Virus record (IMG/VR): IMGVR_UViG_2660238120_000001 | Coordinates: 1-38,106 of that record | Length of the DNA: 38,106 nt | Direction: 5' to 3' (one strand) | Origin: a virus | Shown here: positions 18,534 to 27,085 of the stretch, in pieces | Layout: every line of letters begins with the position of its first letter | Position numbering within the stretch: position 1 is the stretch's first letter | Translations under genes and position numbers: made by a program | Notes under the pieces: generated by a model | What the model saw: only the letters and a program-made list of their open reading frames with translations | What the model was told of the DNA's origin: nothing | The model's database searches: none

Positions 18534-19478
18534 TTATTTAGTTGCTTTGCCACCATCACTAGCTGGTGTAACATTCTTAGGCTTGTCAGATACATACATT
18601 TCAAGACCAGTCTCACGACCTTTGAGCAAGAATACATCAGAGTATGAGCGTTCATAATAATTAAAGTTACCATCGTTAGAGGCAGTTGGATTATCCATAC
18701 CCACGAAACTATATTTTTGCGGAGCAATTTGTACACCATTTTGAATTAGCATCATGTTAATTTGTTTAGCATCATCTTTTAGCTTTGCACCTACAGTGAA
18801 ATCATAATCAGATTGCATTAGGTCGGATGGCACAACTTTGATTGTTACATCATCTAATGAGTAGATAGCACGGTCAACTTTGCCATTACCTGAGATAGAT
18901 AGCGCACGGTTACGAGCCTCGGCTTGTTTTAACATCTTGTTAATTTGTGGTGTTACATACAATAGACGATTATCAGATGGTACACGCTTTTCATCCATGT
19001 TCATCATCATAGTGTCGAAAGCATCCAAAATGCTCTTCTCATCTAAACTATCATTATGAATACCGCCATCATCTGCTTTTAACTTTTCTTTGTACAATTT
19101 GGAAAACATATATCTATCCATCTCTGGTAGTTTTTCATAGATGTTAAAAGTTTTAGTGATGTTGGCAATGGAAACAACCATATCAGATTCATCAACATCC
19201 ATTGGATCAACTAAAGTAGACCATTGTCTGTCAAAATCTAAGCTGTATGGAATCCAAGCATTTTCATAGTTCTCGCCACTATGTTCAGTAATTGTTTTAC
19301 GATTACGATTAGTACGACCTGCTAAAATTTTTAAGTTAGGGACTTTAATCATTTTAGCTTCCATAAAGTTCACTAAGTTATTGCTTGGAGATTGCCATAG
19401 TGCCGCTGTCCTTAATTGTTCATCAGCAAAAGATTGAACTAAGGCACTTTGGTATTTTTCTGCATAATTTACTGCCAT
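18534..19478 (-). CDS. Major capsid protein (XkdG / P22-coat-like)
   Basis: 314 aa following the scaffold gene, with N-terminus MAVNYAEKYQSALVQSF. Confidence 0.8.
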   Translation of the reverse strand: MAVNYAEKYQSALVQSFADEQLRTAALWQSPSNNLVNFMEAKMIKVPNLKILAGRTNRNRKTITEHSGENYENAWIPYSLDFDRQWSTLVDPMDVDESDMVVSIANITKTFNIYEKLPEMDRYMFSKLYKEKLKADDGGIHNDSLDEKSILDAFDTMMMNMDEKRVPSDNRLLYVTPQINKMLKQAEARNRALSISGNGKVDRAIYSLDDVTIKVVPSDLMQSDYDFTVGAKLKDDAKQINMMLIQNGVQIAPQKYSFVGMDNPTASNDGNFNYYERSYSDVFLLKGRETGLEMYVSDKPKNVTPASDGGKATK

Positions 19479-19495
19479 TTATATTACCTCTTTCT

Positions 19496-20062
19496 TTATT
19501 CTGTAGTAGTTTTCCCTTTAAAAATATCAATCATGCTCTTGGTAGAGCCAGTATCGTTATTATCATCGTGGCCACCTGGCTTATAATCGCCGGTAGAACC
19601 TTCATCAAATAAATAGGGATGAGATTCTTTAACGGCTTTTAGTTGGTCATCTAAGCCGTCTAGTTCGCCTTTATCATTGAATTTGATTTTATCCATATCA
19701 AACAATGCTTTAACCGGTTTAGCATCCCTAGCTTTAGCGTTAGATAATCCATTATCAATAGCGTGGTCCAATTTAATTTGAGCAATTTTAGCTTTAGAAT
19801 CAGCTTGAATAGTCTTATTTTGCTGTTCTAAATCTTGAATTTTGCCCTTTAAGTCATCGTTATCTTTCAACTGGCCTCGTAAGTTCTTTAAGTCCTTGTT
19901 ATGCTTATCAACTTGAGCGGTTAATTCTTCGTTTTGTGCTTTAAGCTCGTCATAGTCGGCATAACTTTCTTTAAACTTATTAATGCTTTGGCCATGTAAC
20001 TTCATAACGCTATCAATAATTGAGCTTTCAAGCCCTAAATCCTTTAAATCTTCTCTTCTCAT
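19496..20062 (-). CDS. Scaffolding protein (GP20-like, coiled coil)
   Basis: Charged heptad-rich sequence, position before the capsid gene, and an N-terminus DLKDLGL....I..VMKLHG. Confidence 0.75.
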   Translation of the reverse strand: MRREDLKDLGLESSIIDSVMKLHGQSINKFKESYADYDELKAQNEELTAQVDKHNKDLKNLRGQLKDNDDLKGKIQDLEQQNKTIQADSKAKIAQIKLDHAIDNGLSNAKARDAKPVKALFDMDKIKFNDKGELDGLDDQLKAVKESHPYLFDEGSTGDYKPGGHDDNNDTGSTKSMIDIFKGKTTTE

Positions 20063-20147
20063 AATCTCAAAACCTTTCTCGCTAGTTTTACGGGATGCGA
20101 ACCCGATAAGTATAAAAAAATAGCAGTTTAACGACTTGCTAAGGTCG

Positions 20148-20186
20148 TAAATAAAAAGGACTACTTAATTTAGTAAGTAATCCTTT
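20148..20186 (-). terminator. Hairpin plus T-run inside the late operon, between MuF and scaffold genes
   Basis: On the minus strand: AAAGGATTACTTA, loop, TAAGTAGTCCTTT, then TTTTATTT. Confidence 0.5.
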
Positions 20187-20337
20187 CATCTAACAAATCT
20201 TGTTTATATTCTTCAAACTCTTGTTTAGCCCAATCTGGAGCGTTTGAATCAATGTAATATCCAATCACTTCATCGTCATCCCCAGCGTTAGAATTATCTG
20301 CAACGTGCCAATATTCAAACCCCTTAGGTCTGTTCAT
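20170..20337 (-). CDS. Possible small acidic ORF (55 aa) below the track cut-off
   Basis: ATG 20337, sequence MNRPKGFEYWHVADNSNAGDDDEVIGYYIDSNAPDWAKQEFEEYKQDLLDERITY. The SD is weak and the stop lies in the hairpin loop. Confidence 0.35.
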   Translation of the reverse strand: MNRPKGFEYWHVADNSNAGDDDEVIGYYIDSNAPDWAKQEFEEYKQDLLDERITY

Positions 20338-20376
20338 ATTAAATCAACTCATTTCTTTTTTACTCATTAATACTCG

Positions 20377-22275
20377 CTACTCTTTTAGTAACTTATCAAT
20401 TATTTTTCTAAATGATTTACCTACATTAGTTCTCGAACCACCACAATAAGCATTAACAAAACCCTCTGCAAATAATTCACTAGCGTTAGTACGTGAATAT
20501 TCACTAATAACGCCATCAATATTTTGTATTTCAGCTTGTAACTTCCAACTTGCTCTAGGGATGTCTGTTTTTCCCTGGTCTTTAAGCACACTCTGATAAA
20601 AGTCTTTATAAAAGCTGGTTCTTGCCCTCTTAGTAGCCGTCATATCTTTAGGAATTGCGCCATCATGTTTAGCTTTATAGTGTCGCTGTATTAAATCGCT
20701 TGCTATAACGTGGCCAAACTCGTGATTAAAGGTGTGAGTAATACCATCATCAGTTTTAGCGTTCCATCCCTCATTTTGCATACTTTTCTGTTCTTTCATA
20801 ATCTCTTTAAATGGTTTATTCAAAAATGCACCATTAAGCACCATATCTAATTTGTTAGTAGTTAAATCACTGGAAACATAAGCAAGCGTTCTCTTCTCAG
20901 GTAATCGAGGAGTTGTAGTCAAACTTCTAAAATTGATAGTTCTCTTCTCATTCCAGTTATGCTCATCACTAAATTTATCCATGAATTTCAAAGAATGATA
21001 TAAATATTCTTTATTTACATCATTAACGCCCTCATAAGTAGCAAAATCTTGATGCTCGGTACTAATACCGTATTTACTGCTTAAATGATTAATCATACTG
21101 TTTAAATTATCTTGAGTATAAGGCTCGGTAACTTTAGAGCCGTTATTAACAGTATTAGGTTTATTCTTTGGCGCTTTGCTTGGTTTTTTCTGTGGCTGTT
21201 TTGTAGGTTGTTGTGCATCCCCACCATTACCATTCTTAGTATAACGTTCAAGCCATTCACTATATGGCATATCTTTAATGACTTGGCCCTTTTCGTTGTC
21301 ATCCTTAGCCCAACGTTTTTGAGCTGTAGGGATGTCTTTAATGCTAGGAATAGTAGTGCAGCGGCAATAAGGATGTAAAATTGGATAATTAGTACCATCA
21401 ATCTTAGCAACTAATGAAAATACCTTACCATCTAAGTATCTACATGCTTGGCATGTTCTACTTTCCAATGTGGCCACATATTCATACTTCTCTACGTCTT
21501 GTGCTGCGTACACATCAGCACTAGCTAACTCTTGAATATGTCCTATTTCAGATATAACCAACCTATGAATATTTTTGCTCTGCATACCTGTAAAGCGCTG
21601 TCTAAAGTCTTGTTCCACCTTATGATAGTTACTACCTATCAACGTGTTTCTTAGCAGACTATCCATTAATTGAGATGGTAACTCATTTACATAAGTACCC
21701 CACAATCTACTAGAAAAATCTTTGCCATCCCTGGCCCACGGTTTAGCTATGATGTATTTTAGCTCGCTATTGCTTAACTTGTTGAAATTAGCCGTAAAGC
21801 CTAAACCTTGATATTGCTGTAGGTCGTAAGTTTCACGTAAATAAGTATTGTTATACTGATTAACTAACTCGGTTTCCATTTTATCCTTTTCAGATTTAGA
21901 AAACTCGGTAGCTTTCAGCCTTAATTGGCTTTCTAGTTGCTTTAAACTGGCCACACGACTATTAAAATATTGTTGATTCAATAATTTCTCATAGCCACCG
22001 CTAATCGCCTTTTTTCTAAACTCATCTAGCGTTAAGTCCCAATGCTTAAACTCAATTCCATCTAGCATTTTAGCAACTTGCTCTTTAGGAATCCCCAAAT
22101 CAGTAGTATATCTTTTATACCATTTACTTAACTCACGGTCATAGATATATAGCAACTTGTTAAGCCGTCTACTTAAAGCAAATTCATAATCTTGGCACGA
22201 TTGTAGCCCAATAATTTTACTTTGTATAAAACGCCTTTTCCAATACTGTTGATTATTTTGTTTATTCATCGTCAT
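20377..22275 (-). CDS. MuF / SPP1 gp7-like minor head protein fused to a C-terminal HEFGH zinc-metalloprotease-like domain
   Basis: The MuF part carries SRTCQACRYLDGKVF...HPYCRCT. A Pro/Lys/Gln linker follows. The C-terminal roughly 240 aa contains HEFGH (20710-20724) and a downstream SELFAEGF. Confidence 0.85.
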   Translation of the reverse strand: MTMNKQNNQQYWKRRFIQSKIIGLQSCQDYEFALSRRLNKLLYIYDRELSKWYKRYTTDLGIPKEQVAKMLDGIEFKHWDLTLDEFRKKAISGGYEKLLNQQYFNSRVASLKQLESQLRLKATEFSKSEKDKMETELVNQYNNTYLRETYDLQQYQGLGFTANFNKLSNSELKYIIAKPWARDGKDFSSRLWGTYVNELPSQLMDSLLRNTLIGSNYHKVEQDFRQRFTGMQSKNIHRLVISEIGHIQELASADVYAAQDVEKYEYVATLESRTCQACRYLDGKVFSLVAKIDGTNYPILHPYCRCTTIPSIKDIPTAQKRWAKDDNEKGQVIKDMPYSEWLERYTKNGNGGDAQQPTKQPQKKPSKAPKNKPNTVNNGSKVTEPYTQDNLNSMINHLSSKYGISTEHQDFATYEGVNDVNKEYLYHSLKFMDKFSDEHNWNEKRTINFRSLTTTPRLPEKRTLAYVSSDLTTNKLDMVLNGAFLNKPFKEIMKEQKSMQNEGWNAKTDDGITHTFNHEFGHVIASDLIQRHYKAKHDGAIPKDMTATKRARTSFYKDFYQSVLKDQGKTDIPRASWKLQAEIQNIDGVISEYSRTNASELFAEGFVNAYCGGSRTNVGKSFRKIIDKLLKE

Positions 22276-23653
22276 TGCCTAATTTAAGAGCATTGTCATT
22301 GCTATAGCCATCATCAACTAATTGCTTTTTACGTGCTGCTAATTCTTCTTTCCAATCAGATACAAACGGATTAGCTTTAGCTATGGTTTCATCTGATGAG
22401 AATTGAGCTACTTGATTAAGCGCTTGTGCTTGTTCTAGCGTGTTTTGCACGGTTGCCCTAGTCCATGTTTGAGATATTTTTGCATCGTCATAGTTAGGGA
22501 TGTTCAAAAACTTCAGTATAGCTCTTATAAGCTCATTTAAGCCCTTTTGAAAGTATTGTTGAGTAAGATTGGCTTTCTCTTCTAGTTGGCTCTGTAATTG
22601 CTTAATAGCGGTAGCAGTGGCATTACTTAAAACGACTTTAGATGGATCAACCGATTTAGCCATTAGGAAAATTGACGACCTGGTTATATCTAGCATATCA
22701 TCCCTAGCCTCTCTAGGAATTTCAATGCTTAGAGTATCAACTCCGCCATCATCTTCAAATTTCAAGGCCTTTGTTTCTTTTAAGTCCTTTTTGAAACTTG
22801 CTAAATCTTGGCCACCAAAGTTTTTCAAAACAAAAACGACCTCTTGGATGTCGTCAAGGTCGTTTAAATAGCCATTATATATACTGTCGTAAGCATCAAT
22901 TAGCCCCTTATATTTACTGATTTCGGGCTGTTCATGCAAGTTCTTAGCAAACTTTATAAAAGGGATGCGCCCTAAGTTATGCTCATATACGTTGCTATTA
23001 TCAGTGGTTTCTTCAGTAGTATTGTCAATGTATTTTATTTTATTATAAATCGCTAAACTCTGATAAGTAGCATTACTGCTTTTGCATTTGAAAAATGTAC
23101 AAGTTTTATCATCCCAATACTCGTGTATATCATACAAAGTACCGTCATCATCACGTTGACTATAAGTACGCCTAACAGCAATCATTCCATTTACAAGGCT
23201 TTCATCATAGATTGGTGTTACCTGCTCTGGTGGGACTATAGCATAGTTGAACTTTTTATTTTTACCAACCCAATAATGAACCCAACCAGCACCGGCATTA
23301 CTAGCATCAACAACTAATTTATTTAAAGTTAAGGTTAAATCATCCCCTAGCACTTCATCAACTTGTTTATTAATATTGTCGTTATCGTCAACATCAATCT
23401 GGGGGCGGTTAGACGTTAAATAACTGGCCTCTTGGTCGACAATTAGTTCATGAAAGTTATTAGAAATACGATTATCAGCAGACCTTAGAGCCTCGTTTTT
23501 ACCTTTTTTGTTAATTTTAGAGATTCCGTTATTTCTAAGTGTAATATCATTCTCATTAAGATAATACCTTAGGGATGTAATATTTTGGTCAACCACACGC
23601 TGTCTAGCTGTATCAGTATCATCTAGTATCTGTTTCATCGTTTCTACGTCCAC
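22262..23653 (-). CDS. Portal protein (SPP1 gp6-like)
   Basis: 463 aa directly after terL. Confidence 0.9.
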   Translation of the reverse strand: MDVETMKQILDDTDTARQRVVDQNITSLRYYLNENDITLRNNGISKINKKGKNEALRSADNRISNNFHELIVDQEASYLTSNRPQIDVDDNDNINKQVDEVLGDDLTLTLNKLVVDASNAGAGWVHYWVGKNKKFNYAIVPPEQVTPIYDESLVNGMIAVRRTYSQRDDDGTLYDIHEYWDDKTCTFFKCKSSNATYQSLAIYNKIKYIDNTTEETTDNSNVYEHNLGRIPFIKFAKNLHEQPEISKYKGLIDAYDSIYNGYLNDLDDIQEVVFVLKNFGGQDLASFKKDLKETKALKFEDDGGVDTLSIEIPREARDDMLDITRSSIFLMAKSVDPSKVVLSNATATAIKQLQSQLEEKANLTQQYFQKGLNELIRAILKFLNIPNYDDAKISQTWTRATVQNTLEQAQALNQVAQFSSDETIAKANPFVSDWKEELAARKKQLVDDGYSNDNALKLGNDDE

Positions 23654-24897
23654 GGTACATAGCCACCTTTCTTCATATTTTTCTCTAGTCCATAGCGTGA
23701 GGCATCTAGTGTATGGTCATCGCCATCTGGATAAATTGCTTTAAAATTGCCTTGATTATCTTTCTCATAATGATAACCAGTATATTCACGAGCAGTAGTC
23801 GGACACCTTACTGGATCAATAATAATTGCCCTTAAACCTTGCAACCACTTATAACCTTGATTACGGCTATCTTTACCTTTTTTAGCTTTAAGCAACTTTA
23901 AGCCTAAGCTCCTAAATTCTGCTATAGTTCTAGGCTCGGCACTATCACAAGTTATATAGTCGTTATCCTTGTTTTTAGCTTGTATTTTGCTAACTGCCTC
24001 AGCATTAGATAAACCGACTTTAACCAGTTCATCAAAATAATATAAAACACGTCTAGTTTTATCATAGTGCATAGTTACATAAGCGAGTGGATCACGAGCA
24101 AAACCAAAATCAAGACCACGTTTGATATTATCAAAGCGTTTTAACTCTTCATCGCTAATCTTTCTAAGCGTAACGTTATTAAATACTTCTGCACCTGTTC
24201 CAGTTACTTCCCCTAGATATTCATGCTTATATGACGTTAAATTGTCCTTTTTAAGCTGTTCAGCATCCATTAGGAACTCACGCCCTAGCCATGCTTTAGG
24301 AACTGTTAAATAAGTTGATAGGCTAACCACTGTATCATCCCTTAATTTAGCTCTTTCACTAGCTTTATTAACCCAATTAGTAGGGGATGCTGGGGGGTTG
24401 TATGAGTAAAAAGTACATATATCAGAGCCACCACGGTTAAGTGATTGATTAATCGACCTTATCTCATCTTCGCCTTTAAACTCATCGCATTCTTCAAAGT
24501 GCTTGAACTTAATATAACCGGTTCTAAATTTTTGTGATTTAATCTTTCTAGGATTATCTGCACCTTTAAATCTAATTTTCTGGCCGGTCTTAATATAAGT
24601 TAGCTCTAGTGGGCTATAAGAGGCGTGCCACCAATTACTAACACCTAGCTTGTCAATCGCCCAAATATATTGGTCGAAAACAGAATCACGCAAGGTACTA
24701 GCTACTTTTCTAAGCACCAGGGCGTTAGCTTGCTCATCTTTCATAATTCCTAAAATAATTTCAATCGAAACAAAAGAGGACTTGGTACTACCACGTCCTC
24801 CTTTTAACCAAAAATTAGAGTATTTTTTAGCCTTTATCATGTTATGTAGTCCATAAAATGAGGGGGCTATCATAGTATCAAGGGTTGGCATGGTCAT
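23644..24897 (-). CDS. terL: Terminase large subunit, PBSX family
   Basis: Walker A-like KGGRGSTKS near the N-terminus; size and synteny. Confidence 0.92.
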   Translation of the reverse strand: MTMPTLDTMIAPSFYGLHNMIKAKKYSNFWLKGGRGSTKSSFVSIEIILGIMKDEQANALVLRKVASTLRDSVFDQYIWAIDKLGVSNWWHASYSPLELTYIKTGQKIRFKGADNPRKIKSQKFRTGYIKFKHFEECDEFKGEDEIRSINQSLNRGGSDICTFYSYNPPASPTNWVNKASERAKLRDDTVVSLSTYLTVPKAWLGREFLMDAEQLKKDNLTSYKHEYLGEVTGTGAEVFNNVTLRKISDEELKRFDNIKRGLDFGFARDPLAYVTMHYDKTRRVLYYFDELVKVGLSNAEAVSKIQAKNKDNDYITCDSAEPRTIAEFRSLGLKLLKAKKGKDSRNQGYKWLQGLRAIIIDPVRCPTTAREYTGYHYEKDNQGNFKAIYPDGDDHTLDASRYGLEKNMKKGGYVPWT

Positions 24898-25336
24898 CCT
24901 CCTTTACTGGTGGGATGTTATCAATAATCTCAACGCCTTGTGAGATGTTAGCATTGATTTCCTGCTTATCAGTAAATGCGCCATGAAACTTACCTAACAT
25001 CTCCGCTGCCTTATTTCTATCTTTTAGGGATGGCATGGTTAAAAATGTACCGCCAGCGGTTGCTACTTCGTCATATTCCTCATTGTTCATAACTCTAGTG
25101 TAATACTGCATTACTTCGGTTTCGCTTGCTATATCTGCATCCCTAATCCTTTTAGAATGCTCTTGTATAGCCGTCTGTATATCTTTTCTCTGCAATAGTT
25201 GAGAGGCTTGTACCCTTGCTGTTTTTGTAGAATAACCAGCTAAAACGGCTGCTTTAGTTCCGTTATGAGTTTTGATATAAGCATCAACAAACTTCTCATA
25301 TCTTAATTGTGTAGCTTTAGAAACAATGACTAACAC
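24878..25336 (-). CDS. terS: Terminase small subunit (Terminase_2-like HTH)
   Basis: ATQLRYEKFVDAYIKTHNGTKAAVLAGYSTKTARVQASQLL. The track's GTG start is part of the SD AAGGAGGTG, so the true start is possibly ATT 25325-25327. Confidence 0.85.
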   Translation of the reverse strand: MLVIVSKATQLRYEKFVDAYIKTHNGTKAAVLAGYSTKTARVQASQLLQRKDIQTAIQEHSKRIRDADIASETEVMQYYTRVMNNEEYDEVATAGGTFLTMPSLKDRNKAAEMLGKFHGAFTDKQEINANISQGVEIIDNIPPVKEDDHANP

Positions 25337-25362
25337 CTCCTTTTATATGTATTTTGTACAAA

Positions 25363-25392
25363 AAAAGAACGCAATATAAGCGCTCTTTTTTA
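25363..25392 (-). terminator. Terminator after the 220-aa membrane-anchored cargo gene, just upstream of terS
   Basis: AAAGAACGC, loop, GCGCTCTTT, flanked by an A-run and a T-run. Confidence 0.6.
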
Positions 25393-26052
25393 TTTACCTT
25401 TTTTAGCTTTATCCCACTCTATTTTAGAATATATTGATAAAACTTCTCTCGTTCTGCTAACAATGCTCAATATATCATAATCAAAGTAATCGCTTGAAAT
25501 CATGTCATGATCAGTAGCTAGCATTTCTAGTATATAAATATTTTTATGTTCATTATCATATGGATATCTTAGTAGTTTGCACATTTTTTCAATATACCCA
25601 TTAAAAAAATCGTTTATATTATCAAATCCTAATTCTTGTAAACTAATATCTGACTTTTCAACAATATCCCTAGACATAATATTATTAGTAACCTTAGACG
25701 CTAAAAAACGATATTCTTTTAACTCTTGCAAATATTCAGTGTCGGCTTTACCTTTATGCTTTTTACCAGTCTTTTCAATGTTATTAAAATACATCATTAA
25801 TTTAGTAAGATTATAAATATAATCGTAATACTCTTCAGATTTATAAGGATAAGTACCTTTGCTGCTTTCGAACTTTAAAAGGGACTCTATATATCTAGCA
25901 GTATCTTCTCTTAAATTATTCAGCCAATCAATTCTGGACTTAGACTTAACATCCGAATTAATTTTCGCTCTGTTTAAATAAACGTTAATGATATTAGTGA
26001 TAAATGATGCAATGACAGTACCACTAATTACAGCACCTAAGAAATTATTCAT
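25390..26052 (-). CDS. Hypothetical protein with one N-terminal TM anchor (220 aa), cargo between recombinase and terS
   Basis: N-terminus FLGAVISGTVIASFITNIINVYLNR followed by a helical soluble part. AT-rich. The N-terminal module resembles that of the 33777..34877 product. Confidence 0.75.
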   Translation of the reverse strand: MNNFLGAVISGTVIASFITNIINVYLNRAKINSDVKSKSRIDWLNNLREDTARYIESLLKFESSKGTYPYKSEEYYDYIYNLTKLMMYFNNIEKTGKKHKGKADTEYLQELKEYRFLASKVTNNIMSRDIVEKSDISLQELGFDNINDFFNGYIEKMCKLLRYPYDNEHKNIYILEMLATDHDMISSDYFDYDILSIVSRTREVLSIYSKIEWDKAKKGK

Positions 26053-26064
26053 AACAAATTGCTC

Positions 26065-26988
26065 CTAACCAAAATTAATATCATCAAGCATTTTTTCAGT
26101 GCTTTCTCTATCTAATCCCAAATATTTCAAGGTCATTGCCTGGGATGAATGATTTAGCAAGCTCATAACTAAACTAATATTATAATGTGATTGTACATAT
26201 ACACGATAAGCGCCTGTTTTACGCATAGTGTGCGTACCTAAGTAGTTTATACCTATTAAATCCCCAACACGCTGCATAACTAGATAAAAATTATCTTCAT
26301 CAATATGCTTATCTTGCTCATCTGGGAATAGCCATTTGCTTTTAACACCCCTACCATCCATCCAATCAACATACGCTTTGATTTTGTCTTTTAGCTCTAT
26401 GATACTAATATCTTCATATTTGTTAGTATTCGAGCTTTTAACATGTAGATAGTCTTTTATATGGCTATTATCATCAAGTACGCTAGCCTTAGTGATTTTT
26501 AGAATATCCTTAATGTTTAAAGGCGTACTATCAAGAAAACTAATTATAACGTTATCTTTAGGGCTTTCATCAAACGATGGATTAACCAAAGTTACAGACT
26601 TAATATGCTCTTTCACTTCATCACTTAAATTGAGTTCAGTAATGTGTTTGTCATTTCTGGAACTTGGAAATAGCCATTTTGAATGTATATCATTCTTTAA
26701 TAGCCAATCTCTATACTCTAACAGTTCATTTCTAACTGGCTTTAAATATAAAATGTTAGTCTTACCAGTCTTTTTATCACGAGTATAGGCATCATGCTTA
26801 ATATTGCCTTTATCATCAAAAACATCACTGTATTTAAGTTTTAAAACATCACTAACACGTAAAAGCGTGGCTTTTCCTACTTGAAAAATAGTGAAATTCC
26901 TACGACCAAACTTAAAATTATGTAGTAATGTGTCTTGTACTTGCTTTAGTACGATTGAATCTTTTATTGGATAAACAACGTTTCTCAT
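26065..26988 (-). CDS. Small tyrosine recombinase with an internally duplicated N-terminal half of the catalytic domain
   Basis: SD AGGAG precedes ATG 26988. Catalytic boxes are LLRVSD (Arg I), THTMRKT (H-x-x-R), LNHSS and TLKYLG (Tyr). Segment 26629-26862 is repeated at 26290-26520. Confidence 0.85.
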   Translation of the reverse strand: MRNVVYPIKDSIVLKQVQDTLLHNFKFGRRNFTIFQVGKATLLRVSDVLKLKYSDVFDDKGNIKHDAYTRDKKTGKTNILYLKPVRNELLEYRDWLLKNDIHSKWLFPSSRNDKHITELNLSDEVKEHIKSVTLVNPSFDESPKDNVIISFLDSTPLNIKDILKITKASVLDDNSHIKDYLHVKSSNTNKYEDISIIELKDKIKAYVDWMDGRGVKSKWLFPDEQDKHIDEDNFYLVMQRVGDLIGINYLGTHTMRKTGAYRVYVQSHYNISLVMSLLNHSSQAMTLKYLGLDRESTEKMLDDINFG

Positions 26989-27085
26989 ATAGCTATCTCC
27001 TAACACATAGTATTTTTGTGTTTTACTTAATTATAGTATGTCTTGAAAATAGTATATAATACATTCGCTATTAAATCAACATTCT

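Noticed and set aside
20085-20150. A tRNA-like T-arm (CGGG TTCGCAT CCCG) and an anticodon-like stem (ACGAC...GTCGT), considered as a tRNA gene or attP remnant.
   Set aside because: There are no D-arm or acceptor-stem pairings. The stems are separated by a long A/T tract, and the loop sizes are wrong (8 nt). These are more likely mRNA structures in the gap before the scaffold gene.
21102-21410. Embedded ORFs inside structural, early or plasmid genes:
- 1436..1690, 2936..3166, 3348..3548, 6539..6748, 8632..8883, 9808..10044
- 15313..15567, 15619..15870, 18530..18739, 19385..19612
- 21102..21410, 21112..21378, 22569..22871, 23123..23317, 24122..24313, 24650..24856
- 25577..25816, 26492..26788
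- 31511..31741, 32799..32993, 33928..34161, 34741..34938
- 36160..36393, 36481..36714, 36711..36941, 37059..37316
   Set aside because: Each overlaps a longer ORF that has synteny or motif support. They lack ribosome-binding sites and have Leu/Phe/Ile/Ser-rich composition, as expected from reading AT-rich DNA out of frame.
26065-26988. The tyrosine recombinase, considered as a chromosomal integrase with an adjacent attP.
   Set aside because: It lacks an arm-binding N-domain. It is far from the immunity region and next to terS. The element also has full plasmid replication and partition functions. Integration cannot be excluded without host data, so this is a downgrade rather than a disproof.
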